Part shown: one piece after another, positions 35,001 to 64,000 of the stretch
Layout of the letters: each line of letters opens with the position of its first letter
Position numbering within the stretch: position 1 is the stretch's first letter
NCBI GenBank assembly: GCA_002269645.1
Contig: NIVC01002487.1
Coordinates: 62,001-126,000 of the forward strand
Length of the DNA stretch: 64,000 nucleotides
Reading direction: 5' to 3'
From: Macrostomum lignano
Lineage: Eukaryota
Notes under the pieces: generated by a model
Told to the model about the DNA's origin: nothing
What the model saw: the letters and a program-made list of their open reading frames with translations, nothing else
Databases searched by the model: none
Made by a program: the position numbers and the translations under genes

Positions 35001-38000
35001 ATAGAGTGGCTCGGAATGATAATGAGTGTCTTGGAATGATGATAGAGTGGCTTGGAATGATGATTGAGTGGCTTGGAATGATGATAGAGTGGCTTGGAAT
35101 GATGATAGAGTGGCTCGGAATGATGATAGAGTGCAATGATGATAGAGAGGCTTGGAATGATGATAGAGTGGCTTGGAATGATGATAGAGTGGAATGATGA
35201 TAGAGAGGCTTGGAATGATGATAGAGTGGCTCGGAATGATAATAGAGTGGCTTGGAATGATGATAGAGTGGCTTGGAATGATGATAGAGTGGCTCGGAAT
35301 GATGATAGAGTGGAATGATGATAGAGAGGCTTGGAATGATGATAGAGTGGCTTGGAATGATGATAGAGAGGCTCGGAATGATAATAGAGTGGCTTGGAAT
35401 GATGATAGAGTGGCTCGGAATGATAATAGAGTGGCTTGGAATGATGATAGAGTGGAATGATGATAGAGAGGCTTGAAATGATGATAGAGTGGCTTGGAAT
35501 GATGATAGAGAGGCTTGGAATGATGATAGAGTGGCTCGGAATGATAATGAGTGTCTTGGAATGATGATAGAGTGGCTTGGAATGATGATTGAGTGGCTTG
35601 GAATGATGATAGAGTGGCTTGGAATGATGATAGAGTGGCTCGGAATGATGATAGAGTGCAATGATGATAGAGAGGCTTGGAATGATGATAGAGTGGCTTG
35701 GAATGATGATAGAGTGGAATGATGATAGAGAGGCTTGGAATGATGATAGAGTGGCTCGGAATGATAATAGAGTGGCTTGGAATGATGATAGAGTGGCTTG
35801 GAATGATGATAGAGTGGCTCGGAATGATGATAGAGTGGAATGATGATAGAGAGGCTTGGAATGATGATAGAGTGGCTTGGAATGATGATAGAGAGGCTCG
35901 GAATGATAATAGAGTGGCTTGGAATGATGATAGAGTGGCTCGGAATGATAATAGAGTGGCTTGGAATGATGATAGAGTGGCTCGGAATGGGAATAGAGGC
36001 TTGGAATGGGAATAGAGGCTTGGAATGGGAATAGAGGCTTGGAATGGGAATAGAGGCTTGGAATGGGAATAGAGGCTTGGAATGGGAATAGAGGCTTGGA
36101 ATAGGGATAGGGTGGCTTACGCTCTTACAGCATAAATTAGAGCAATCTAACAACTTTTCAAATTGGCGCCAAAACTGTAAAAAAACTAACTACCAAAATC
36201 ATGATCAGCAGCTTTATAAAATAATCTGGCAATAAAAGTACTACGAATACTTTTAAATCGTTATATTATTTTACTAATTCGCACGTTGCAGGATTTTAGC
36301 ACGAAGAAAATCAGCACTTTATATAATAACACAGATATTCAAAGAAATGCAATTAAAAATGATAGTACTTATACATACTACTTATAGTACAGTACTGTCG
36401 CATATTCTACTCATTTTTTACTACTTTATTTTCACTTGTCTGCTAATAAAGTTTACCGTCGTTCAAGAAATATAATCGAATTCGATCGAGGCTGAATTGA
36501 TTTAACAAACTCCTGTGTGCTACTATAAGTAGGGCAATTGCAAAGAGAAGAACAGTTTATCATTTTATTGAAAAAAAACAAATATTTAGTAAATTTTAGT
36601 CAAACAAAACACAGAATAGCAGAAAACAAAATTGAGCTCACATTTTGCGCTGCAGAGTGGCTACCTTAGACGGGGTGTCTCTGGGACCGCCTCGACGAGC
36701 CTGAAATTGATTAATTATGCAAAAATAAGTTTAAACTGGTAGTCATAATGATATTAATAATAGAAGGATGGTTGCAAGCACCCCGGCGCAACGCCTTAGG
36801 CAACATCGTCCAACAACAACAAGCGCACTCATAATACACACGCTCACATAGGGTGTACAGCGACCCATTTTTGACTTTCTAATCGTCAGTCATGTACACC
36901 CGAACTATTACTGTTAGTAAAGCAAATTGAATCAATTTTGAAACTTACTAGTAAAGGCGAAGTGCCGAATGTTGTGCTAACAGTGCCAGTGAGGGAGTCG
37001 CGAAATCTGATGGGATGGACAAATCGTCTTAGTCGAAAGTAGATTTCGTTTCTGAAACCTATTATTTGATTACTCCTGCCCGAACTCTGTCTCTTTGGGG
37101 TCTCATCATGCTTGGCTTCCATCTTGAGCACTAGTCTCATCATGATTAGCTTCCATCTTGAGCACTAGTCTCCTCATGATTAGCTTCCATCTTGAGCACT
37201 AGTCTCATCATGATTAGCTTCCATCTTGAGCACTAGTCTCATCATGATTAGCTTCCATCTTGAGCACTAGTCTCATCATGATTAGCTTCCATCTTGAGCA
37301 CTAGTCTCATCATGATAAACTTCCATCTTGAGCACTAGTCTCATCATGATTAGCTTCCATCTTGAGCACTAGTCTCATCATGATTAGCTTCCATCTTGAG
37401 CACTAGTCTTATCATGCTTGGCTTCCATCTTGAGCACTAGTCTCATCATGATTAGCTTCCATCTTGAGAACTAGTCTCATCATGATTAGCTTCCATCTTG
37501 AGCACTAGTCTCATCATGCTTGGCTTCCATCTTGAGCACTAGTCTCATCATGCTTGGCTTCCATCTTGAGCACTAGTCTCATCATGATTAGCTTCCATCT
37601 TGAGCACTAGTCTCATCATGATTAGCTTCCATCTTGAGCACTAGTCTCATCATGCTTGGCTTCCATCTTGAGCACTAGTCTCATCATGATTAGCTTCCAT
37701 CTTGAGCACTAGTCTCATCATGATTAGCTTCTATCTTGAACAATGCAGAACGTATCTCTTACTTTTTCAGCGATGAGCATAGCGACAGAGACCGAACTTC
37801 AACATAGACCTGACTGTACTCAGCAGTCTTGCCCTGGCTATCCAGCCAGTCTGTGATGATGCGCAGCTCTTGCAGTTGCTTCTCACTGAATTTCGGAAGA
37901 AATTCTACAATTATAAAATATGCCAGTATAGTTTTGTAAGTACCTTTTTGGATTATCGCACTTGACCACTTATAGGTGTGCCACCGTTCCTATCTGAATC

Positions 38001-41000
38001 TGGTCACTTCAGAGTGCTTTATTCGAATCTGAATCTGGTCACTTCAGAGTGCGCTATTCCAATCTGAATCTGGTCACTCTAGAGTGCGCTATTCCAATCT
38101 GAATCTGGTCACTCTAGAGTGCGCTATTCCAATCTGAATCTGGTCACTCTAGAGTGCGCTATTCCAATCTGAATCTGGTCACTCTAGAGTGCGCTATTCC
38201 AATCTGAATCTGGTCACTCTAGAGTGCGCTATTCCAATCTGAATCTGGTCACTCTAGAGTGCGCTATTCCAATCTGAATCTGGTCACTCTAGAGTGCGCT
38301 ATTCCAATCTGAATCTGGTCACTCTAGAGTGCGCTATTCCAATCTGAATCTGGTCACTCTAGAGTGCGCTATTCCAATCTGAATCTGGTCACTCTAGAGT
38401 GCGCTATTCCAATCTGAATCTGGTCACTCTAGAGTGCGCTATTCCAATCTGAATCTGGTCACTCTAGAGTGCGCTATTCCAATCTGAATCTGGTCACTCT
38501 AGAGTGCGCTATTCCAATCTGAATCTGGTCACTCTAGAGTGCGCTATTCCAATCTGAATCTGGTCACTCTAGAGTGCGCTATTCCAATCTGAATCTGGTC
38601 ACTCTAGAGTGCGCTATTCCAATCTGAATCTGGTCACTCTAGAGTGCGCTATTCCAATCTGAATCTGGTCACTCTAGAGTGCGCTATTCCAATCTGAATC
38701 TGGTCACTCTAGAGTGCGCTATTCCAATCTGAATCTGGTCACTCTAGAGTGCGCTATTCCAACCTGAATCTGGTCACTCTAGAGTGCGCTATTCCAATCT
38801 GAATCTGGTCACTTCAGAGTGCTCTATTCCAACCTGAATCTGGTCACTCTAGAGTGCGCTATTCCAACCTGAATCTGGTCACTCTAGAGTGCGCTATTCC
38901 AACCTGAATCTGGTCACTCTAGAGTGCGCTATTCCAACCTGAATCTGGTCACTCCACAGTGCGCCTAGAAAGTTTTTTAACCCGACCCAACAGTTGCTAT
39001 GTACATCTAATCAGGTCAGGTCCTTTGGTAAAATTTAAAGTTATAAAAAGAAAAATATTAGCAAACCTTTCAAATTCACAGCGCCCACTCCAGCTAGACT
39101 GAGACACTTATCTGGCTGCAGTCGCTCAGAATAAGTTATTGAGGTTAGAAGTTCTTTAAATTTGTCTCGCAGACCTTTTGAGCCTTCAGTGATGATATAT
39201 TGCTGTACAAAAGAAAGTTAAAAATTAATGTAAAATTATATATAACAAACTAGGTTTCAAATTGTAGGGAACAACATCTACTTACAAGATTTTCTGCATT
39301 TTTCTCCTGTGGCAGATAGGTTGCAAAGAAATCCAGAGATTCTTTTGCCTTGACAAGCGAGGCAACATAGTCTTCAACATTGCTTATTCTAGAGTTATTT
39401 TAAACAATTTTATATTAAATATTTAGTATTATAAAATATACTTCATTTAAAATATTTTTAAACTTGCTTACTTTGACTGTTTTAGCTCTTGAATGTACTT
39501 TTCTGTAGTGTCTTGATAAGAGCTGGTCTGCTTAAGAAAAAGCCTGCATGAGTCATAACCTAAAATTTTGTAAAATGTTATATAAAACTTATATTAAAAA
39601 CATCTATATTAAGTTAAGAAGTCTTAGCAATACACAAAGAATATACATTTGCAAGCAATCAATGTTAACAATATGAGTAAGGTTCTTTACCTATGTTAAA
39701 AATATTTTTAAAAAGTTAAAACTTATTTGAAAATATTTGCATGTTAAAATACATAAGAGAAAATTTGAAACTAGGAAAAATGAGCAATAATTGAAAGATT
39801 AACAAAACTTGCCCCAGTCTACATATCTTTGTTGTATATGTTTGCTTTAATATGTGCCACTTTTTGCATTGCTCAGAAGGAAGCTATACTTTGAACCAGT
39901 GCATGCAAACGCACCAATTGACTTCTTTGTCTACATAGAACACTATTTACAATTTACAAAAATTCTTAGTAATAGACAAAGTAATTAGCTTTTAAGATAA
40001 TAGATAATAGTTTTGTTTTAGCTATGGATATGGCTACAAGAGGTTATAAATATGGATACAAAACATATATTACCCATATCTAGTTCTTGTATCTTAGGAA
40101 ACTTAACTTAGAAGACCATTGGAGCCATTGATTTGATGGTTAGGGATAGAGCATAAGAAAATTTTTAGAAATGAATGAATATTCCCAGTTTCAAAGCTTA
40201 TATGTGGTGAGCTTTCAAGTCACTAGGGTTGAGGACTTAAGCATACATGCGCAACTGCTGGCCGACCTGGCCGATCTGGCCACCGTAAATTGTGGCAGAC
40301 CAGGGGTAAGTCGCAAAAATTCCCACCTAAAGAATACAGACATAGTACTAATTAGATGACGAGGCATTTAGCCCTTATAAGACAGTTATAGTTACTCCTG
40401 CCGTTTACCCAAAAGCGTTAATTTTGCTTTAGGGCTTCTTTCACAGGTAAGTCGCATTTTTGGTCAAAAAGTAAGTCGCATGGCCAGTGTAAATCAGGGG
40501 GTTGCGCATGTATGGACTTAAGCAACAAAGATTTTCAATACAATATACCCATTGTATAGTAAGGATAATAAGGTCTAATTTTAAGAGAATTTTTTTCACT
40601 TTCAATGAAAAGGAGCTTTTAGCTAGGGGTTGGGAACTCAAGCAACAGAGATATTTGATAATTTATGCACATTTTGGTTGTGATTATAGGGATTAAAGTT
40701 AAGATGAATGTTTTTACTTATAATGCAAAGGAGTTATTAAGTCCCTAGGGTTGGGGACTCAAGCAACATAGATTTTTGATGCTATATGCAAGTCCAGGAT
40801 GGTAGGGGCTAAAGTTAAGATGAATGGAGCCAATGAGGAAGCCACTTAGCATTTGCTTCCAACAAAGAAAGCAATATTTCAAACAAATAAAGGCTTTTGT
40901 TGCCTAATAATCTTGGCAACCAACTTACAACTAAGCCATTGTTGTCACAGAGGATCTTGCTAAGCATTAGATATTTTGCTACTTTTGTTACTTATAAACA

Positions 41001-41785
41001 TTGCAAGGAGAGATATGAAAAGGGAGAGAAGAAAGAAAAAGGGGAGAAAAGGCAAAAGGAGAAAAGTGAGAGAAGGGAGGAAAGCAGAGAGGAGGAGATG
41101 AAAAATGAGAAAGAAGAGAGACAGGAGAAAGGGGGGGGAAGAAGAGAAAAGAGGGGAGGGAAGAAAGAAAAAAGGGAGAGACTCGAGAGAGGAGATAAGA
41201 AAATAGTCAAAATACAATCAAGCTAATAGGCATTAGGTGCCACTAAAAAATTCTGCACTATATGCAAAACACTATTCATAGCTGCATTCTAGCAAATGTA
41301 ATAGCCAGCAGCAAAATTTCTAATGCCCCCAGCTCTATGACATCTAGGAGTCTAGTTAAGCTTAAGGTTAAGTGTCAAAAAAGCTATAGATAGAAATATT
41401 GATAGTCTAGACTAATGATTATTTGTCAATGACAAATTTATTAGGACTGACAAAAGTATCTAGGTATTCCCATTTGCCATATTTATTCTGCTAAATGTGA
41501 TACCAGAGCTCTTTTAACAACAACTACATTGAATAAGCACAAAAAATAGTTAAGAAAATTAATTTAGCTTTCAATTTCAACATTACCCTTTCTCTTTGCA
41601 CGAAGGCTCTCCATTTGTTCGTTAATTGGAGACATTTTCTGCTGCAGAACATTAGCTGTTTCAATCACATTGTGAAGCTTCCCTTCTGTTTCCTTAGTAA
41701 GAGCATCAAACCTAGATGATATATCACTTAACTGCTGCAGTCTATCCGACAACATTTGAAGAGAATCCTGTCTGAATTGATCCAT
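23058..41785 (-). CDS. EXOC7: Exocyst complex component 7 (Exo70)
   Basis: Phase-consistent exons 41785-41587, 39559-39472, 39388-39286, 39202-39067, 37904-37763, ~37006-36949 (acceptor ambiguous), 36700-36642, 31683-31566, 31463-31356, 29740-29022, 28617-28519, [26670-26493 or 24755-24674], 23427-23386, 23291-23058. Motifs PPDGTVHELT, YSDPALRAIFLLNNYRY, LSEKDKALIKEKFKSFNEEF, VPDPELR and VPFTSKKDKYIKF are Exo70 signatures. Confidence 0.95.
23668..24435. repeat. 24-bp C-rich minisatellite CCCAGCCCTCACTGTCTATCCCTG
   Basis: Tandem copies in an Exo70 intron. Confidence 0.95.
24674..24755 (-). CDS. EXOC7: Exo70 alternative exon 12b (82 nt, phase 2 to 0): (G)WARVLEIVMEKNKPLSQQRMASEMPGK
   Basis: TTTAG acceptor, GTACAT donor; aligns with recalled human SWLKVTDYIAEKNLP..PGVK. 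Confidence 0.75.
25130..26250. repeat. 33-bp minisatellite AAAGTACACGGGAAAAGGGTGGCGGGTTCACT-like
   Basis: Tandem copies with several variants. Confidence 0.95.
26493..26670 (-). CDS. EXOC7: Exo70 alternative exon 12a (178 nt, phase 2 to 0): (G)LQKCAAALELGGEVASVAAAAAASAAQP...HASVVVK
   Basis: GGCAG acceptor, GTTTGC donor, open GC-rich frame with the same phases as 12b. Confidence 0.6.
26700..28366. repeat. Compound array: 22-bp GATGCTTAGACTGGGTGGGGT(G/A) to ~28035, then 24-bp GATACTGAGTGACTGGGTTGAGTG
   Basis: Periods 22 and 24 read directly. Confidence 0.97.
28791..28880 (+). mobile_element. Dispersed SINE-like core, copy C
   Basis: GTGTACATGCTTGAAGAATAGAAAGTCAACAAAGGGCCGCTGTACAC plus the shared tail. 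Confidence 0.65.
29815..30360. repeat. 34-bp (2x17) minisatellite GACTGTCAGTGACAATTGACTGCCAGTGACGTTT
   Basis: Tandem copies. Confidence 0.95.
30365..31290. repeat. 32-bp minisatellite AGGCTCTGAAGAATCAGAGGACGGGGCTGCGC
   Basis: Tandem copies. Confidence 0.95.
31692..31985. repeat. 39-bp minisatellite GAGGGGTAGAGCGGCTTAGAATAGGGTGCTGAGATTATC
   Basis: About 7 copies directly next to an Exo70 acceptor. Confidence 0.95.
32025..36112. repeat. 4-kb array of the 21-bp unit GAGTGGCTTGGAATGATGATA with 930-bp and 525-bp higher-order duplications
   Basis: Monomer read directly; near-identical repeat-derived ORFs recur at offsets 930 (32761/33691, 32945/33875, 33213/34143) and 525 (34964/35489, 35136/35661). 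Confidence 0.97.
36815..36899 (-). mobile_element. Dispersed SINE-like core, copy D
   Basis: Reverse complement GTGTACATGACTGACGATTAGAAAGTCAAAAATGGGTCGCTGTACAC (36899-36853) plus tail. Confidence 0.65.
37105..37735. repeat. 34-bp minisatellite TTCCATCTTGAGCACTAGTCTCATCATGATTAGC
   Basis: Period 34. Confidence 0.96.
37993..38960. repeat. 35-bp near-perfect minisatellite AATCTGAATCTGGTCACTCTAGAGTGCGCTATTCC
   Basis: About 27 copies. Confidence 0.97.
40985..41200. repeat. Purine-only (GA-rich) low-complexity tract in Exo70 intron 1
   Basis: Direct inspection. Confidence 0.8.
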
Positions 41786-42656
41786 GACAGTCAAAATAGC
41801 TTTCTATAAGTCTTAGACTTTGAAAAACCAATTCTCATACACCAAAGGTCCGATCACATGAACTACAAGTGCAAATCCAAAATTATCAATTAACAAAACA
41901 ATAAATTCGCAATCAGTTACTTTGGCTATCAAGATTTCTAATAAATTAGTGCATTTTAAAAAGTCATGTTTTCCAAGAAATAGTGAACCAATATTTACCG
42001 AGACTCAGTTCAACTTGTAATCTGCAAAAAAGCTAAAACAAAATATCTTAGGAAGTTAGGACACCAGGTGCAGTAACTAAGTTCGAGAAGTCTATAGTTT
42101 TTTAATGATAGCACTGTACGGCTTCATGAGAGCTTAAATAGTGCATTTTTTTTATCAAACCAGTGCCTTGTATAGTAATTTGGCACGAAAATTACGTGAA
42201 TACCTTGAAGGCAAAAAGCTGAAAACAGAAGAAAACACAGTGATAAAAACTTAAATAAATAGGTAGGTCTTAAAAAAGCTTATATTACAACTTTCTTCAG
42301 TCCTAACTTAAATTTGTAAAATTTATTGTTTGCTTTTCTGACTTGAACTGTTAGTTAAAACAAAATTAGGTAGTTTAATTATTGTCCTATGCATAAATAA
42401 TTGCAAGCATAGATAGTTATCAGTACGCTAGTTTTTTAATTTTAGTATTTCTAAAATTTTATTAGGAATCTCTGCTGCAAATTTTAACGTTGTGAATTCA
42501 AGTTTGTAATTTCAGCCTTTTTTGCTATCTTAAACCAACCCTAGCTCTCTCAATATTAACTATAAAGCTCTTCGAATTCTCTTTTATATTAACTATAAAG
42601 CTCTTCGAATTCTCTTTTAAGCTTTATTCAGTACCCTATTAACTGCGTTAATCATC

Positions 42657-60181
<17,525 letters not shown>

Positions 60182-62699
60182 GTGAGCGAAAGATCAATGA
60201 TGCAGTTTGACAGTGTCAGTGAGGAGGCGGCAACAACACAACTACATTATGTGTATGTTTTGTAAACCCGAACGGCTGGTGTCGCATCGATAAATCAATT
60301 TTTTGCTTACTCATATTACAGATGTGTGTGGGACACAAATGCGTGTTATTAGAATTGCAACTTTATTGTTTATTATAATTGTTGTAACGCATATTTTTTA
60401 ACAAAAAACAATGATGCTTAACAATTTTTTCGGATTTCGAACACTATAATAATAAAATACTATTATAAGTATATATACTACTATTATTAATAATAATTAC
60501 TATTATTATTATTATACTATCTTTGAGATACTAATCTAAAAAATTATAGAATTCATTAGTTAACAATAGCTATTTCGAATATATTTATTATCAGCCTTCT
60601 AGATAATTACCTTATTACCTTCTAGACATATTTACTCATATTTCAGACAAAGTGGTCAGGATTTGATTTTGCCACAGATTTTAAGATGCTAAGTTTACTG
60701 GGATTAATCAATTAAATTGCGTGTCCGAAACTAGTTATATATTTCCCTTAAAGTCTATGCAAGCTTTCCTTTTGCATGTCTTCATTACGCGGTTACATAT
60801 AACCTTCAGTCAAAGTCCTTATTGAACAAGAAATTTGTATTTTTCACAATGCGACAATTCTTGGCCATCCGATTGACCATCCCTTTATTATAAAAAAATT
60901 ATAACGTTTTTATCTTGTGCCGGCTGTTTTAAGTTACAATTATATTCTCTAGATTTAACATACTCCTGAGTGTTATTACGGACAAAAAGGAATAAATTCT
61001 AGTCCCCAATTTTATTTTGTTAAAATTTATGTAATTTTATGTAATTTTAAAACATATCGGCACGCCATTCCCTCATTGCTGTTTAATAGATAATGCTTAT
61101 TTGTGTCTTGTTTGCATATTTGTATTTTGTGTCTATAACTTAATCTATTTGTTGTGCAGCTGTTCGAATAATATTTCTATATATTGTTTTTAAATTTTAT
61201 TAGACAGTCTTGTCGAACACGTGAACCGCTGGATACATGTATGCTAAAAATATTTATTAACTGTAAGCTAACTAGTAAAAGTTGGTACTTTTTTAATTGT
61301 CATCTAGCTAAAATGTATCGACTGTCCTTGTCGAGGTTGTATTGTTCAACTACATTACGTTTTTGATAAGCTAACAATTTTCCTAAGGTAAAGACACGAG
61401 CGTATTTAATAAAAAATTATGCATGCGAAGAAATATTATTATTACTCAGGTAATCCGAGTAGTGAGAGTTAATAATTCCCTGTTTTACTGCTTTAATCTT
61501 GAAGGTTAAAAAACAAATTTAATACCATCTGATTAGGAACGCTATCGGATAGTCGCTATCCATTCCCATTCCCATATTTGCTTGCCCCTCTTCGTTGGCC
61601 AAACTGTGCGCTTTAGCTATTTCATTCTTTCTTGTTCTTTACCCTCATAGTAAAGCTTGAGACTGTTTCATTATTAAATTTGCGCTTATAACTTTCAATC
61701 AAGACCTGCCCTCATTTGTCAACTTTTTAGCTTGTATATGTTTTTTCTAAAAATATTTTTGTGATACTAATATAATTGTTTTAAATCGATTTTATGCACT
61801 ATCCGATTGCGAATTTGTCTGTATTTAGCTGTTTGTGATGTAAACTTTTCTTTCTATATAGGTGATACCGCGTCTTTTGGTGTTTTCAACATTGTGGTGT
61901 GCATTCACGTATTCATAGTTTATTAGTTTAATTTGCTTCTTGAGTTTATATTGTGTATTAAGTAAGCTTTTGAGGAACTTCTTGTGTAACATTATCTATT
62001 ATATTAAAGAACCTATTATGCTATAGAATTTTTAAACTTGTGACTAAAATTGTTTGCAGTCTTTTCTCCTCGTCTAGAATATAAAAGTATATTATTGAAT
62101 TTCTCGCTTCAATTTGCGCCCGTTTGTGTTATCGAAATCGAAGAAACTGTTCGTGTGTTCTATAACAAAAAATAACAACAAAAACTGTTTTTGCAGTTGC
62201 ACTCAACAGTAAAAATGGTAACTCAATACTTTTTGTGTGCATGTCTAGTTTTATGTATTATTTTGCTTGTACGCGTTTCTATTTTTCCTTATTATTATAT
62301 ATATTCTCTCTTTGTCTAAGATTATTTAGACTTGAGTCTGACCCGTTCTGGCAGATTGAAACAAGATTGTTGAGAACTTTTTGTTTAATAATAGCTAGAA
62401 ATATATTGTCTCTAGTTTAACGAATATATCAATAATTTACCAATTGATAAATTGCTGATCCAGCTTCCGCAGTATCCATTAAAAACTCCAAATATGAAGC
62501 CTGTTTATTACGATTTCTATACACTTATAAGCATGATTCAAATCACTTACGCCGGAATTTAGCTCCCAAAATCATATAGTATAATCGAAATCATACTGCA
62601 TGTATATTTTCTGAAAAAAAACAAATGAACATCAGTTATTCTTCTTTTCATCAGTACTTAAATTCTATGTCGAGAAACTACAAAAGCGTATTGATGAAA

Positions 62700-63740
62700 C
62701 CACGCTCTGGTCGCGGGATCTGGTGAGGGAAATTTTTCAAAAGTACCTCCGGCCTCCGTGCACCTACTGGGCAGAGCTGTCAAGACTGGGCCGGGTCCCT
62801 GACCAGGCCAACTGACTCCCGCTCTGTTGCATCCCCCTGCTGTCTCGGTTCCGTCTCCCACTCAGCCACACGTGCCTTTCCGGAGCCCCCTTTTCTTTCT
62901 GCACCTCACCCGTCTCCCCGTTTCCCATGCGCCCCACCCCATCTATCATGTACTTCTCCTGCTTCCCATCTTTTTGTCATGTTTTAGCTCGTTTTTCTTG
63001 CGCTGTCCCCTTCTTATCCTGTGCTTACTTACAGTACCTCTTGTGCTCACTGTCGCTCCATCCCCTTTTAAAATCCCAAACGGTGACGCAAGACTTCTGA
63101 CCCCTCCTTCACCCCGATGACTCATCACCCCTCTTGCGCAACCTTTTCTCATGCTATTGTTCTCTTCTCAAGATTTCTCATGCGACACCCATCCCACCTC
63201 TGCTTCTATTGTTCTCGTTTTTTATTCTTTTGTTCTCGTTTTCGAACCTAATTACCACATTTTCCCAGATTTTCTCTTTCTATGGTTCTCCTTTTCGCAC
63301 CCAATTAGCACCTTTTCTCCAATGTTTACTTTTCTATTGTTCTCAGTTCTCCCCAATTATCCCCGATTTCCATTTCCTTTGTTCTTGACCCGAGCCCCAT
63401 TGTTCTCAATGTTTGCTTGCGCAACACTTTCTCGACCCCCGCTGTGCTCATTATCCCCCACTTCTCCTCCGGATTGCGCAATTTCTCAATTTCTCATGTT
63501 GCTATGGCGTTCTCATGTTTCTCATCATGACTAATTCTGACGTCATTTCTCCGGCAGCCAATCAGAGAGAGGGAGTCATGGAAACGACCTTGGAGCGGCG
63601 GCCGTGAGGTCTATTTAAGGGAGCGGTTTTCGGCGTGAGAACCCTCAGATCCTGCCACTCTTCCCGAAGTGGTCCTTCTTTGGACTCATGAGCTCACTTT
63701 GGTCTGTCAGACGTTGATTTGACCCATTCGTCTACAAGGA
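62700..63740 (+). mobile_element. LTR-like element (pyrimidine-rich U3-like region, CCAAT at ~63558, TATTTAA at ~63612), boundaries uncertain
   Basis: Abrupt GC rise in AT-rich DNA downstream of CaMKII and promoter-like motifs. No ORF, PBS or TSD identified. Confidence 0.4.
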
Positions 63741-64000
63741 CTACTTAAGTAGAAGGATGCAAGACTCAGAATTGATGAAAATTTCATTGGAGGCCCATTT
63801 TTCAATGTATCTCCTGTGTACGCTATTGATCGTAAGATGCTTATTTTTTCACAGAATAGGCAGTAACATATGCCCTTTAATTTAAGACATCAATAAATTG
63901 ACCAATTCGGACTTGAAACACCCCGAAATACTTGTCAACAGTACAGTCCTATATACTAAAAAATCATCAAAAATTGCTGATTTTACTGTCAAAATAAACA

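Noticed and set aside
31940-36153. Very long ORFs (818, 643 aa and many GMMIEWL ORFs)
   Set aside because: Translations of a 21-bp satellite inside an Exo70 intron; no unique coding sequence.
36121-36175. Extra Exo70 cassette exon ending in a strong GTAAGC donor
   Set aside because: Available acceptors give either a stop or a non-symmetric phase relative to the flanking phase-2 intron.

Overview
Eukaryotic (invertebrate animal) genomic DNA with GT-AG introns and very dense intronic minisatellites. The style suggests a flatworm such as Macrostomum, but the species is an inference. Reconstructed by hand: the 3' end of a low-complexity gene (+, <2-538); a GRAMD4-like gene (-, 3426-11674) with a 1.3-kb non-autonomous hAT element inserted in a coding exon and a 1-nt frameshift; a 6-exon PQ-loop gene SLC66A3/PQLC3 (+, 13722-16180); an unrecognised gene with an ankyrin-like motif (-, 17851-21205); Exo70/EXOC7 (-, 23058-41785); and CaMKII (+, 42657-60181). 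Best leads: candidate mutually exclusive exon pairs in CaMKII (activation loop) and Exo70; a dispersed SINE-like motif (4 copies) with a covarying helix around a hammerhead-like CUGAnGA/GAAA core; an LTR followed by tandemly duplicated LTR-end/tRNA-Leu primer-binding-site units; and the exon-disrupting hAT. Most long ORFs in the supplied track are translations of tandem repeats. No database search or folding program was run; homologies are from recalled family sequences.
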